IMG/VR virus record: IMGVR_UViG_3300010234_000017
Coordinates: 1-47,281 of that record
Direction: 5' to 3' (one strand)
From: a virus
Taxonomy: Duplodnaviria; Caudoviricetes
DNA: 47,281 nucleotides
Below are positions 5,981 to 16,547 of the stretch, piece by piece. The notes beneath the pieces were generated by a model that had not been told where the DNA came from, searched no databases, and worked only from the letters and a program-made list of their open reading frames with translations. Both the position numbers and the translations under genes were made by a program. Within the stretch, counting starts at the first letter, position 1, and each line of letters begins with the position of its first letter.

Positions 5981-6121
5981 ATGCCTAAAACTAGAGTTAA
6001 AACAAAATCAGCAAATATGAGAAAAAAACCTATGACACGATCTGAAATGCTGAAAAACAAAGATCGTATAGCTGCTGCTAAAAAGAAAAAGAATACAAGG
6101 CCTGCTACTAAAAAGAGGTAA
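5981..6121 (+). CDS. 46-aa very basic peptide, possible nucleic-acid-binding protein
   Basis: MPKTRVKTKSANMRKKPMTRSEMLKNKDRIAAAKKKKNTRPATKKR; GGAG RBS; below ORF-track cutoff. Confidence 0.65.
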   Translation: MPKTRVKTKSANMRKKPMTRSEMLKNKDRIAAAKKKKNTRPATKKR

Positions 6122-6130
6122 GGAACCCTC

Positions 6131-6634
6131 ATGGATAAATTTAAAAACCAAATGGGAGTATATTACACCAAAGCTTTATTTCTTGAGACATCAGTCACTA
6201 AAGGTATGGAACTATTTACTTTCAAATACAAAGACATTAAGGTGGGCGACAAAACATTTATTTCTTTCCCTAAGAGATTTATCGACCTCAGGGACCCTAC
6301 TGGTTACCTCATCTCCCAAGACCTCTTAGATGGCTACCAACATTGGAAAAGACTAGAAGAGTGTACTTGGTTTGCAGAAGAGCTAGATAAATGGAAAGAA
6401 GAGCTAGAGGTCTTATTAAAGGCAGAGGCTCTCTCCAGAATCAGAGAAGAAGCAGTAGAGGGTAAGAACTCTTATTCAGCTAACAAACTTCTCCTTGAAG
6501 GTGGTTGGATTCCCAAAGAGAAAAGAAAAGACTCAGTTGGCCGCCCATCTAAAGAAAAGATTAAGAAAGAAGCAGAACAACTATTTTCTAATAAGTCAGA
6601 AGTTGATGCAGATTTAAAAAGATTAATTAATTAA
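6131..6634 (+). CDS. Putative terminase small subunit
   Basis: Position at start of the packaging module; helical 167 aa with C-terminal GRPSK motif. Confidence 0.65.
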   Translation: MDKFKNQMGVYYTKALFLETSVTKGMELFTFKYKDIKVGDKTFISFPKRFIDLRDPTGYLISQDLLDGYQHWKRLEECTWFAEELDKWKEELEVLLKAEALSRIREEAVEGKNSYSANKLLLEGGWIPKEKRKDSVGRPSKEKIKKEAEQLFSNKSEVDADLKRLIN

Positions 6635-6645
6635 AGGGTTATAAA

Positions 6646-8673
6646 TTGCCAAAACTAAATTTAGACGATGTAGCAAATATCTCAGGTGCAGAGTCAACAG
6701 CACTCTCTACAATCAATACAAACTCAGATAGAATTGAAACTGCCCTAGAAAATACATTATCTAGAGATGGCACCACTCCTAATACTATGTCTGCTGATTT
6801 TGACATGAATGGGAATGATATTCTTAATATTGGTAGTCTTGGTTTCTCAGGTGGTGACACCATACAAGACCTAGCTGATCAAGCAGCAGCAAGTGCATTA
6901 GCAGCAGCTTCTTCTGAAGCAGAGGCAGAAACAGCAGAGGCAAACGCAGTGGCCGCGGCAGCAATAGCACTAGGCTTAATTGATATTACTTCTGCTGATA
7001 CAAGAACAGCCCTCAAGGCAATAGACACAACAGAGACTACTACAGCCTACCTTAAAGAAGAAGGGCGTGAGGGTATTTTTCTTTACCGAACAGGTGATTT
7101 CTCAACACTAGTTGCAGCAGATACAGAAGAAGGATGTTACCTAGCTGCTGATGGTATAGCTACTACAACTGGTGCATGGGTAAGGCAACACAATGCTGTT
7201 ATAAACGCAAAACATTTCGGCGCAGAACCATCCAATACAGCAGCAGAGAATACTACAGCTCTTCAGGCATGGATAGATATGCTAACACATTTACCGGGTA
7301 TGGGATTTCTCCCTAACGGTACTTACCAATTTGATACTAAGCTATCGATGCTATCTGGAAGTACAGGTATTTATGGTGAAGGGCAAGGTTCTATTCTACA
7401 GTATGTAGGTACAGACCTAACTTCAGATGTATTAGAGATTTCTTCAGGTACAGATATTTCTTTTGTTACTATTAAAGATTTATCTATTTATGGCGTAGGA
7501 AGTGCCACAGATGGTGCAAACCTAAAGATCAATAGAAGTACAAGTGTTAAGGTAGAGAATATTTATATGACTTCCGGGCACGATGGTATTGTTACTGACA
7601 ACGCTCACGTATATGATATCAGACATGTACTTATTACTAACCTACAGAATAACGGTGTAGGTGTTACTATTCAAGGTGATGGCTCGGCTTCAGCGTCCCT
7701 AGAGAATTATCTCTACAGGATTTTTATTCAAGGTGACTCTACTAGATCATCAGCCCCTAGACATGGTTTCTTGGTCGAAGATAACCAAGCGCTCTTAATG
7801 GAGTGGTGTACTGCCCTTTATTGTGAAGATGGCCTTACAGTTAACCCAGACAACGCACAAAACAAAGTGGAGCATATTTTTGTTACTTCTTGTCTAATGG
7901 ATTTGAATCATAACATTGGTGCAAACTTCCTTACAGGAATAGGAGAAACAAACCGAAGAATCCTTATTAATGGTTCATGGTTCGCATCGTCAGGTGCGGC
8001 AGGCCTTGTATTCGATGGAGCTTCAGCTGACGGTATTAGTGTTATAGGTTGTCAGATGGTTGCTAATGGTACACAAGGTATCTGGGCTAAGACAGTAGGT
8101 GATATTAATATTATTGGTAACTTAGTAGCAGGTAACTCAGGGTTATCAGCCTCTACATATGCAGGTATTGAGATTGGTACTTCTGGCGGTGGTTCTGGTA
8201 ATGGTATTGTTATTACTGGTAATAGGTGTGGACCTGCGGGTGGTTTTGCTACAGTACAGAAATATGGTATCTTCTTAAATGCCACAGCTACAGATAACGT
8301 AGTTATTTCTTCTAATGACTGTAGAGGTAATGCCACAGCAGGTATTCAAAATGATGCTACAGGCGGTACGATACAAATCTTTGGTAACCTGCCTATTGGT
8401 GGTATTACAGATGGTTATTATGGTTCTGCAACATGGGACCCTGTCTCAATTGGGAACAACACATCTACAGCAACAACAGTGGGTGTAACAGGCGCTTCAA
8501 TCGGTGATCCAGTTTCAGTAGGATTTACTTCTATTACAGCAGGTAATATTTTCCTGAATGGTCATGTTACTTCTAACTCAACAGTTACTGTATCTCTTTA
8601 TAATGCATCAGGAGGAACACTTGATTTAGCAAGTGGTACACTAAAGGTTCTGGTACACAAAACAGGAAACTAA
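6646..8673 (+). CDS. Tailspike / right-handed beta-helix depolymerase
   Basis: N-terminal virion anchor (IETALENTLSRDGTTPN), INAKHFGA...NTTALQAWID...PNGTY pectate-lyase-like start, G/N/I-rich beta-helix repeats; TTG start. Confidence 0.85.
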   Translation: MPKLNLDDVANISGAESTALSTINTNSDRIETALENTLSRDGTTPNTMSADFDMNGNDILNIGSLGFSGGDTIQDLADQAAASALAAASSEAEAETAEANAVAAAAIALGLIDITSADTRTALKAIDTTETTTAYLKEEGREGIFLYRTGDFSTLVAADTEEGCYLAADGIATTTGAWVRQHNAVINAKHFGAEPSNTAAENTTALQAWIDMLTHLPGMGFLPNGTYQFDTKLSMLSGSTGIYGEGQGSILQYVGTDLTSDVLEISSGTDISFVTIKDLSIYGVGSATDGANLKINRSTSVKVENIYMTSGHDGIVTDNAHVYDIRHVLITNLQNNGVGVTIQGDGSASASLENYLYRIFIQGDSTRSSAPRHGFLVEDNQALLMEWCTALYCEDGLTVNPDNAQNKVEHIFVTSCLMDLNHNIGANFLTGIGETNRRILINGSWFASSGAAGLVFDGASADGISVIGCQMVANGTQGIWAKTVGDINIIGNLVAGNSGLSASTYAGIEIGTSGGGSGNGIVITGNRCGPAGGFATVQKYGIFLNATATDNVVISSNDCRGNATAGIQNDATGGTIQIFGNLPIGGITDGYYGSATWDPVSIGNNTSTATTVGVTGASIGDPVSVGFTSITAGNIFLNGHVTSNSTVTVSLYNASGGTLDLASGTLKVLVHKTGN

Positions 8674-10227
8674 ATGGTAAATAAAGCTGATGAAATCAGA
8701 AAACTTGCTGAAAGTGATCTAGAGACTTTTATTAAGCTTGTCCACCCAATGAGGGTACTAGGAAGTATCCATAGTGAACTCTTAGCATGGTGGAATAGAG
8801 CAGACAGTAAAAGTCACCAACTAGTCCTTTTACCACGAGATCATGGTAAATCAGCTATGGTAGCTTATAGGGTGGCTTGGGAGATTACAAAGAATCCTGC
8901 AATTAGAGTTCTTTATATTTCTTCTACAGCCAACCTAGCTACAAAACAATTAAAGTTTATTAAAGATATCCTTACTTCTAAAATTTATAGAAGATACTGG
9001 CCAGATATGGTTAAGGAAGAAGAAGGTAAACGAGAGAAGTGGACAGAGACAGAGATTTCTGTTGATCATCCACTAAGAGCAGCAGAGGCTGTTCGTGACC
9101 CTACAGTATTTACAGCTGGTCTAACCACAGGTATTACTGGTATGCACTGTGACATCGCAGTAATGGATGATGTGGTTGTTAGAGAAAATGCCTATACAGA
9201 AGAAGGCCGTAAAAGAGTTCAAACTCAATACTCACTTCTTTCTTCTATTGAGGGTGCAGACTCTAGGGAATGGGTAGTAGGTACTCGATACGATCCTAAT
9301 GATCTATATAATGAATTAAATGGTATGTTAGTTCAGGATATTGATCAACAAGGTAATCTACTTGGAGAAGAACCTCTTTATGAAGTATTCGAAAGACAAG
9401 TGGAAGACTTTGGGGATGGTACTGGTGAATACCTCTGGCCTAGACAACAAAGATACGATGGTAAGTGGTTTGGGTTTAATCAACAAATCCTAGCTCGTAA
9501 GAGAGCACAGTACTTAGATAAGACACAGTTTAGAGCTCAGTATTATAATGACCCTAACGATATGTCTGAGAGCCCAGTATCTTCTGACTTGTTCCAGTAC
9601 TACAATAAATCATCTTTATATAGCGTGGATGGTTATTGGTATTATGGTGGTTCTCGATTAAACATTGTAGCTTCGGTTGACTTTGCTTTTTCTTTATCTA
9701 AACGATCTGATTATACAGCCATTGTGGTTGTAGGAACTGATTACGAGAGGAACCATTATATCCTCGATATTGAAAGGTTCAAGACAGACCAGATTAAGGA
9801 CTACTTCGATAGAATCCTTAAGCTCCATAATAAATGGGGGTTTAATAAACTAAGAGCAGAGGTATCAGTAGCCCAGAAGGTTATTGTTAATGATCTTAAA
9901 ACTAACTATATTAAACCACATGGACTAGCCTTGTCTGTAGATGAACATAGACCTACTAAGGCAGACGGTGTTAAAGAAGAACGTATTGATGCTACTTTAA
10001 GACCTAGATATGAAAACCTACAGATGTGGCACTATAAAGGTGGTAACTGTCAAGTTCTTGAAGAAGAGCTTGTCTTAAGAAGACCTCCACATGATGATGT
10101 TAAAGATGCCTTAACCGCAGCAATTGATATTGCAGTAGCTCCCTCAGGGAACTACAGACAGGCAAGAGATAAAGGTAAACAACTTAGAATGCAATATAGT
10201 AATTCTCGGTTTGGAGGAATTGGATAA
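8674..10227 (+). CDS. terL: Terminase large subunit
   Basis: LLPRDHGKS Walker A, AVMDD Walker B, VVGTRY coupling motif, RNase H-like domain (VDFAFS..SDYTA, HDDVKDAL). Confidence 0.95.
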   Translation: MVNKADEIRKLAESDLETFIKLVHPMRVLGSIHSELLAWWNRADSKSHQLVLLPRDHGKSAMVAYRVAWEITKNPAIRVLYISSTANLATKQLKFIKDILTSKIYRRYWPDMVKEEEGKREKWTETEISVDHPLRAAEAVRDPTVFTAGLTTGITGMHCDIAVMDDVVVRENAYTEEGRKRVQTQYSLLSSIEGADSREWVVGTRYDPNDLYNELNGMLVQDIDQQGNLLGEEPLYEVFERQVEDFGDGTGEYLWPRQQRYDGKWFGFNQQILARKRAQYLDKTQFRAQYYNDPNDMSESPVSSDLFQYYNKSSLYSVDGYWYYGGSRLNIVASVDFAFSLSKRSDYTAIVVVGTDYERNHYILDIERFKTDQIKDYFDRILKLHNKWGFNKLRAEVSVAQKVIVNDLKTNYIKPHGLALSVDEHRPTKADGVKEERIDATLRPRYENLQMWHYKGGNCQVLEEELVLRRPPHDDVKDALTAAIDIAVAPSGNYRQARDKGKQLRMQYSNSRFGGIG

Positions 10228-12035
10228 TGGCAGGTAAGACACTTGACTTTAATGAAATACTCTCTCCTGACCAACTAGGTACAGAAATCTCTAGATTGTT
10301 TCAAGAGTGGGATAGTTATAGAGAAACATGGAAGAGAGAACGAGTAGAGGCCAGAAAGTATATTTTTGCTACCGATACTTCCACTACTTCTAATAATACA
10401 CTCCCTTGGAGTAACCAAACACACATCCCTAAACTATGTCAGATTAGAGATAACTTATATGCAAACTATATCGCTTCTCTATTTCCTAAAAGGAAGTGGT
10501 TGAAATGGGAAGGTGCTTCTGAAAAAGATGAAGACCCTCAGAAGATTGCAGCTGTTAAAGATTATATGACATGGGTTATTAGTCAAAAAGAGTTTAAACA
10601 AACTTTAGAGAAACTTGTTCTCGACTATATTGATTATGGTAATGTATTTGGTTCTGTTGAATGGTTTGATGGTTCTAGAGTAGATGACACAATTAAGCCT
10701 TCTTATGTAGGACCTAGACTAGTTAGAATTAATCCTATGGATATCGTAATGAATCCTGTAGCTAATTCTGCCACAGACAGCCCTAAGATTCAAAGAAGTC
10801 TTATGACTCTTGGTGAAGCTAAGAAAGTTATCGATCAAGAGACTTCTACACCAGAGGAAAGGGAAACAGCAGAGGCTGTATGGAATTACCTCATGGAAGT
10901 AAGACAAGCCTCAGCAGTACACTCAGGTGACTATAAAGAGGTTGATGAGTATTTACAAGTAGATGGCTTTGATTCTTATAGAGCTTATCTAGGTAGTAAC
11001 TACACAGAGCTTCTTACCTTTACTGGTGACTTCTATGACATCGAAAAGAATGAGTTCCTAAAGAACCAACTAATCGTAGTCATTGACAGACATAAGGTTA
11101 TTATTAATAAACCTCACCCAATGAGAGCAGGGCATATCCCTATTCATCATTCTGGTTGGAGAATTAGACAAGATAACAACTGGGCTATGGGTCCACTAGA
11201 TAATCTTGTTGGTATGCAATATAGAATTGATCATGTCGAGAATATGAAAGCAGACATCTTCGATCTAACAGCATATCCTCCTATTAAGATTAAAGGTGCA
11301 GTGGAAGACTTTGAATGGGGTCCGTTTGAACGAATCTATGTAGATGCTGAAGGTGACGTAGAACTTATGTCTCCTAAATCAGATAGTATTAGTGCCAACA
11401 TTGAAATCCAAGGCTATGAAGCTCGTATGGAGGAAATGGCTGGTTCACCTAGAGAAGCAATGGGCTTTAGAACACCGGGTGAGAAAACTAAGTATGAAGT
11501 ACAGCGTCTAGAGAATGCAGCTTCACGTATCTTCCAAAGTAAGATTAAACAGTTTGAAGAGCAGGTCTTAGAACCACTTCTAAATGACATGCTAGCCCTA
11601 GCTAAAGTGAACTTAACATCAGCTACTATTCGAGTAATTGACGATGAGTTTAAATCAGTTGGTTTCTCAAGCCTCACAGCTAAGGACTTATCTGCACAAG
11701 GTAAGATTAAACCAATTGCAGCTAGACACTTTGCAGAGCAAGCTGAGCTAGTACAGAACCTAAACAACTTCTTTAGTTCACCTATTGGACAAAACCCAAT
11801 GGTTAACATTCACTTCTCAGGTGTTAAGATGTCTGAGATGTTTGAGGAAATCTTTGATCTAGGCGAGTTTGAGGTAGTCCAACCTTATATTGGTATTGCT
11901 GAACAAGCTGATGCTCAAAGACTATCTAATGCAAATCAGGAACAGGTTGATACAGAAGTAATGACCCCAGCTGGTATTGCAGAGGATGATTTTGATGAAG
12001 GCCTAGAGGAGGTCCCAGATGACCCAGAGGGTTAA
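10227..12035 (+). CDS. Portal protein
   Basis: 602 aa directly after terL; DYIDYGNVF, WAMGPLDNL patterns; acidic tail. Confidence 0.88.
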   Translation: MAGKTLDFNEILSPDQLGTEISRLFQEWDSYRETWKRERVEARKYIFATDTSTTSNNTLPWSNQTHIPKLCQIRDNLYANYIASLFPKRKWLKWEGASEKDEDPQKIAAVKDYMTWVISQKEFKQTLEKLVLDYIDYGNVFGSVEWFDGSRVDDTIKPSYVGPRLVRINPMDIVMNPVANSATDSPKIQRSLMTLGEAKKVIDQETSTPEERETAEAVWNYLMEVRQASAVHSGDYKEVDEYLQVDGFDSYRAYLGSNYTELLTFTGDFYDIEKNEFLKNQLIVVIDRHKVIINKPHPMRAGHIPIHHSGWRIRQDNNWAMGPLDNLVGMQYRIDHVENMKADIFDLTAYPPIKIKGAVEDFEWGPFERIYVDAEGDVELMSPKSDSISANIEIQGYEARMEEMAGSPREAMGFRTPGEKTKYEVQRLENAASRIFQSKIKQFEEQVLEPLLNDMLALAKVNLTSATIRVIDDEFKSVGFSSLTAKDLSAQGKIKPIAARHFAEQAELVQNLNNFFSSPIGQNPMVNIHFSGVKMSEMFEEIFDLGEFEVVQPYIGIAEQADAQRLSNANQEQVDTEVMTPAGIAEDDFDEGLEEVPDDPEG

Positions 12036-12291
12036 AGATATATCCTCTGATTGGATTAAACATAAACCAAGAGGTTCAAAAGAACAAGAGGAGTTTGCTA
12101 GTCTAGTTAGGAACTCCACTCTCATCCTCGAAAGGCTCTCAGAGATTATCGAGACTAAAGAAAAAGAAATACTAGATTTAGAGTCTAATGAAGCTCAGTA
12201 CGATAAGAACTGGGCAGTACTACAGGCTCACCGTAATGGGAAGAAGGAAGCACTTAGGTACTTCAAGACTCTCACACAACATTTAAAATAA
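12019..12291 (+). CDS. Hypothetical protein between portal and scaffold
   Basis: 90-aa helical ORF with GGAGG RBS. Confidence 0.75.
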   Translation: MTQRVKDISSDWIKHKPRGSKEQEEFASLVRNSTLILERLSEIIETKEKEILDLESNEAQYDKNWAVLQAHRNGKKEALRYFKTLTQHLK

Positions 12292-12300
12292 AGGTAAACC

Positions 12301-13041
12301 ATGACCGATAACATATTCTCGGAAGAGAACAATTCATCTCAAGTAACCATCCCTGAAGGTGAAGCCCTTAGTACATTAGTGGGTGAAGACAAGAAATTTA
12401 AAGACTTGGAATCACTAGCAAAAGGTAAACTAGAGTCTGACAATTATATTGCCAAGCTTGAAGAGAACCTCACTAAAGTACAAACAGAGCTAGAGAAACG
12501 ATCTACTCTTGATGATGTGATGAACCAAATCAATCAAAGTAGACAATCACAGGAAAGTACACAGGAGTCACAAGCTCATGTCGAACAATCAAGTGATCAA
12601 GGCTCCACAGAGCAAGTAGACATTGATAAACTTCTGGAAAGTAAATTGTCTGAGTATGAAAAAGCGAAACAGGAAGAGAATAACCTTTCATTTGCTGCTC
12701 AGGAACTTAAGAAAATCCATGGAGACAGTGCTCAAGCTCACTTAAACGGAAAAGCAAAAGAATTGGGAGTTACGGTGAAAGACCTAGAGTCTTATGCTAA
12801 AAGTAACCCTAAGGTTTTTCTAAGTCTTGTTTCAGGACAGTCACAAGGTAATAACACACAAAGTCCTAACTTTACAGGCAGTGTTGATACTTCTAAGAAT
12901 TATACTAGTAACACTGGTGAAAAAAACCAGAGTTATTATAATAAACTTAAACAGACTGATCCAACTCTATATAGATCACCTAAGATTCAAATGGAGATGC
13001 ATGAACAAGCAATTAAACTAAGAGAAAACTTTTTTAAATAA
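12301..13041 (+). CDS. Capsid scaffolding protein
   Basis: Coiled-coil, Q/E/S-rich, immediately before the major capsid gene. Confidence 0.8.
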   Translation: MTDNIFSEENNSSQVTIPEGEALSTLVGEDKKFKDLESLAKGKLESDNYIAKLEENLTKVQTELEKRSTLDDVMNQINQSRQSQESTQESQAHVEQSSDQGSTEQVDIDKLLESKLSEYEKAKQEENNLSFAAQELKKIHGDSAQAHLNGKAKELGVTVKDLESYAKSNPKVFLSLVSGQSQGNNTQSPNFTGSVDTSKNYTSNTGEKNQSYYNKLKQTDPTLYRSPKIQMEMHEQAIKLRENFFK

Positions 13042-13054
13042 ATGGAGAATTTAG

Positions 13055-14002
13055 ATGGCTGGATTTGCAACATCTAATGACGATCACCTAATTCGCTCAA
13101 ATCTTTGGTCTACGCAGATCAAGGATGTACTCGAAGAAGAGTTGTTCGCAATGAAATACGTAGACATGATTTCTGACTTCCCGGATGGTGATACTATTAA
13201 TATCCCTTCACTCGGTCAGGCACAGATCAATGACTATGCCGAAGGTCAAGCGATTAAGTATACAGCAATGGATACAGGTAACTTTACCTTTACAATCACA
13301 GAGTATAAAGCCTCTGCAACTTACATCACAAACAAAATGAAACAGGATTCATTCTATATGTCTCGTCTAGTTTCTTCTTTTGTTCCTAAACAGGCTCGTG
13401 TGATCGCAGAAGCTATGGAAGCTGATGTCTTGGCCTCAGGTCCAGACGGTCAAACAGCTAGTAACTTGAATACAATTAATGGTGCAAACCATAGATTTAT
13501 TGCTTCAGGTACTAACGAAGTTATGGCACTTAAGGACTTTGCCCTTGCTAAATTTGCATTGCGTAAAGCTAACGTACCTATGACTAACCTAGTGGCTATT
13601 GTAGACCCTTCAGTTGAATATGAACTTTCTACTCTTGTTACTACAACTTACGATGCTAACCCATATTGGGAGCGTATTGTTAAGGATGGTGCCTCAACAG
13701 GTATGCGTTTCTTTAACACTATCTATGGCTTCGATGTGTATGTATCTGACTTCCTTAAAACTGGTGTTAATGAGACAATTGACAGTAAGACATCTGCCTC
13801 TGGCGTTGCCAACCTGTTCTTCTCTGCATCATCTGATGTACTACCGTTCGTAGGTAGTGTACGCCAAGCTCCTAAGGTTGACTCAGAATACAATAAAGAT
13901 TTGCAACGTGATGAGTATGTCACTACTTCTCGTTGGGGTAATAAACTTTACCGCCCTGAGAACATGGTTACAGTTATCACTGATACAGATCAAGTTAGCT
14001 AA
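13055..14002 (+). CDS. Major capsid protein
   Basis: 315 aa; GDTINIPSLG, IYGFDVYVS and WGNKLYRPE HK97-fold patterns; strong RBS. Confidence 0.9.
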   Translation: MAGFATSNDDHLIRSNLWSTQIKDVLEEELFAMKYVDMISDFPDGDTINIPSLGQAQINDYAEGQAIKYTAMDTGNFTFTITEYKASATYITNKMKQDSFYMSRLVSSFVPKQARVIAEAMEADVLASGPDGQTASNLNTINGANHRFIASGTNEVMALKDFALAKFALRKANVPMTNLVAIVDPSVEYELSTLVTTTYDANPYWERIVKDGASTGMRFFNTIYGFDVYVSDFLKTGVNETIDSKTSASGVANLFFSASSDVLPFVGSVRQAPKVDSEYNKDLQRDEYVTTSRWGNKLYRPENMVTVITDTDQVS

Positions 14003-14015
14003 GAGGAATATATAA

Positions 14016-14498
14016 ATGGCTTGGAATAACGACGACGGACTATATATCCGTTTTGGTACAGAAAAACAAGAAGTAACTCATGGTGGTGAGTCTAGCACAG
14101 ATGGCAATAACAGAGTTATTACTGTTGACCTAGACTACACAGACTTTGCAGCTACTGGTACAGCTAAAATCATCGCAGAGGATGTAAAAATCCCTGATGG
14201 TGCTGTAGTTAAAGCTTCAACGCTCCATGTGTCTACTGCCTTTACCTCTGGTGGTTCAGCTACACTAACATTGGGTCTTAATGACACTGATCGTACAACT
14301 GTGTATGATGCAGATGGTATTGATGCCACAATCGCAGTCGCTGCTCTAACAGCAGGTGCTACAATCACCAATGATGGTGCCGTAGTTGGTAACCTTATTA
14401 GTAACTCTGGTACAGCCGTACTACTTACTGCTACTGTGGGCACAGCTGCCTTCACAGCAGGTAAGGGTCAGCTAGTAGTAGAATACTACATTCCGTAA
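14016..14498 (+). CDS. Putative capsid decoration / minor capsid protein
   Basis: A/T/G-rich beta protein co-transcribed with the capsid gene before a hairpin. Confidence 0.65.
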   Translation: MAWNNDDGLYIRFGTEKQEVTHGGESSTDGNNRVITVDLDYTDFAATGTAKIIAEDVKIPDGAVVKASTLHVSTAFTSGGSATLTLGLNDTDRTTVYDADGIDATIAVAALTAGATITNDGAVVGNLISNSGTAVLLTATVGTAAFTAGKGQLVVEYYIP

Positions 14499-14509
14499 TG
14501 AATGAAACA

Positions 14510-14531
14510 GAGGGGGCCTTAGTGCCCCTTC
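14510..14531 (+). terminator. GC-rich hairpin after capsid genes (probably leaky terminator)
   Basis: GAGGGGGC-CTTAGT-GCCCCTTC; weak U tract. Confidence 0.6.
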
Positions 14532-14551
14532 TACACTAAAGAGAGTTATAG

Positions 14552-15241
14552 ATGACATCACACGTAAACTTACCTGATGCAGACTTACATGAACCAAAAG
14601 GTGCTGCTACAGCAACTAATAAACAAGTATATATTGCAGATGGTGCAGGATCAGGTGCTTGGGCAAAGGTAGCCTCAGCTGATGTGACTGTAACCGACAC
14701 AGATTCTTATTACACAGCAACTGATGTAGAGAACATCCTTAAAGAACTAAGAGACCAAGACCCTACGGGTTGGTGTTATTATTCAGATGCCACATATGCC
14801 TCATCAGGTGCTACAGAGTTAGATATTGTTTCTACAGGCAGTGGTACACAAATCCTTTGCGATGGTGATACTACACTGGAAACACAATCTCCAAGAGATA
14901 TGTCTAGTTCTCTTTGGAACACATCCACTAATAAAATTGTCCCTATTAATACAAATGATTTTTACCTTATTAGATTAAACTTCACTGTAAGCACAAGTAC
15001 TGGTACTCTAAACTTTATGGAAGTTGATCTAGATATTGGTGGTTCACAGGGCATTATTTGGTCTAACACAGAAACTATTGATAATAGTACCAGTGAATCT
15101 TTTTCATTCTTAATGCCAGTATTTACTGGTTCAACATTTCTTTCTAATGGTGGAACTATTTATCTTAGGAAAGACGGTAGTGGGACCTTAAAGATTCAAG
15201 ATATTAATATCCTTATTACAAGGGTACATAGAGGTAGATAA
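14552..15241 (+). CDS. Virion structural protein (head or tail fibre-like)
   Basis: HVNLPDADLHEPKG N-terminus, S/T/G-rich beta-sandwich C-terminus. Confidence 0.6.
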   Translation: MTSHVNLPDADLHEPKGAATATNKQVYIADGAGSGAWAKVASADVTVTDTDSYYTATDVENILKELRDQDPTGWCYYSDATYASSGATELDIVSTGSGTQILCDGDTTLETQSPRDMSSSLWNTSTNKIVPINTNDFYLIRLNFTVSTSTGTLNFMEVDLDIGGSQGIIWSNTETIDNSTSESFSFLMPVFTGSTFLSNGGTIYLRKDGSGTLKIQDINILITRVHRGR

Positions 15242-15242
15242 T

Positions 15243-15995
15243 ATGAATATGAACTTAGGCTATACCCAGCTTATTATTAAGGAATGTAAACAATATGGAT
15301 GTCTAAGAAACCAAGTTGCTTATATTCTTGCTACGGCTTACTGGGAAACAGCTCGTACAATGAAGCCTGTCGTAGAGGCATATTGGTTGTCTGAGACATG
15401 GCGTAAGAATAATCTTCGTTATTATCCTTGGCATGGACGGGGTTTTGTCCAACTGACTTGGGAAGCCAATTATAAAAAAGCAAGTAGAGAACTTGGTATT
15501 GATTTTATTGCCGACCCTGATAAGCTGTTAGAACCAGAAAACTCAGCTAAGATTCTAGTTAAAGGTTCTATGGAAGGTTGGTTTACTGGTAAAGGTATCC
15601 CTAACTATATTACCCTAAGTAAGTCAGACTTTGTAGGTGCCCGTAGGGTAATCAACGGAGTTGACAAGAAGCATGAGATTGCTGGTATTGCTAGGCAGTA
15701 TGATGTAGAGTTAAAGAAAATGGGCTATGGTGAAGAGGCTATTATCCCAGAACCAGTTCCAGTACCTAAGGTCCCTGAAGGTTTAGATAAAGATTTAGTT
15801 AAATCTAAAACTAACTGGTCTACAATCTTACAAGTAATACTAGGAAGTGGTGTAACAGCTTTAGCAGACCTTAATCCTTATGTTCAGGCACTCATTGTGT
15901 TAGCTATTGTAGGCTTTGGTGCAAAGATTATGTATGAACGTAAGAAGTATAGAGATGAAGCACGTTCCATTAAAGCTGTGAACGATGTTAGCTAA
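15243..15995 (+). CDS. GH19 (chitinase/lysozyme-like) endolysin with C-terminal membrane segments
   Basis: AYILATAYWET, HGRGFVQLTWEANY, ARRVING motifs; Pro-rich linker then hydrophobic helices. Confidence 0.88.
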   Translation: MNMNLGYTQLIIKECKQYGCLRNQVAYILATAYWETARTMKPVVEAYWLSETWRKNNLRYYPWHGRGFVQLTWEANYKKASRELGIDFIADPDKLLEPENSAKILVKGSMEGWFTGKGIPNYITLSKSDFVGARRVINGVDKKHEIAGIARQYDVELKKMGYGEEAIIPEPVPVPKVPEGLDKDLVKSKTNWSTILQVILGSGVTALADLNPYVQALIVLAIVGFGAKIMYERKKYRDEARSIKAVNDVS

Positions 15996-16347
15996 AATCC
16001 TTACTTGGCTCTCTGGTGGACTTATTAAGTCTGTTGGAGAGCAACTAAACGAAGCATATAAATTAAAACTTCTTGCTAAAAATGACAAAGATAAACTAGA
16101 CGCAGAAGTGTATATTAAAAACTTAGAGGCAAAGCAGGCTATACTATTAGCAGAACAGGGACACTGGATGACCAGATGGATTAGACCTGCTTTTGCTGCC
16201 CCTTTTGTAATTTATAATTCCAAGATTTTAGTTTGGGATAAAGTTTTAGGTTTCGGTACAACCGATGCTTTATCTCCCGAATACTGGGAACTACAAATGA
16301 TTGTATTTGGGGCCTACTTCTTAGTGAGGCCGTTTGAAAAAAAATGA
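15985..16347 (+). CDS. Putative holin
   Basis: Follows the lysin; TRWIRPAF motif and TM segments ending IVFGAYFLVRPFEK. Confidence 0.65.
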   Translation: MLAKILTWLSGGLIKSVGEQLNEAYKLKLLAKNDKDKLDAEVYIKNLEAKQAILLAEQGHWMTRWIRPAFAAPFVIYNSKILVWDKVLGFGTTDALSPEYWELQMIVFGAYFLVRPFEKK

Positions 16348-16547
16348 ACAATAAAAACGATGAAATTTATTCACAAGAAGAGTTAATAAATATTAAACTA
16401 AGTAAGAAAGATTATCTTGTCCTTAAGCATATTATTGAAAGAGACAAGAGTTTGAAATTTGCAGGTAAACTTCTTTTCTCAGTGATTGGAGGTATTATTA
16501 CTCTTTCTGTTCTTATTAAGACAGGTGTTTTTAAATGGTTAAATTAA
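16344..16547 (+). CDS. Small membrane protein (lysis module)
   Basis: C-terminal TM helix; ATGA overlap. Confidence 0.6.
   Translation: MNNKNDEIYSQEELINIKLSKKDYLVLKHIIERDKSLKFAGKLLFSVIGGIITLSVLIKTGVFKWLN

Noticed and set aside
16336-16347. A8 slippery run that could fuse the holin to the next ORF by -1 frameshift
   Set aside because: No stimulatory structure seen; an ordinary ATGA overlap in AT-rich DNA explains it
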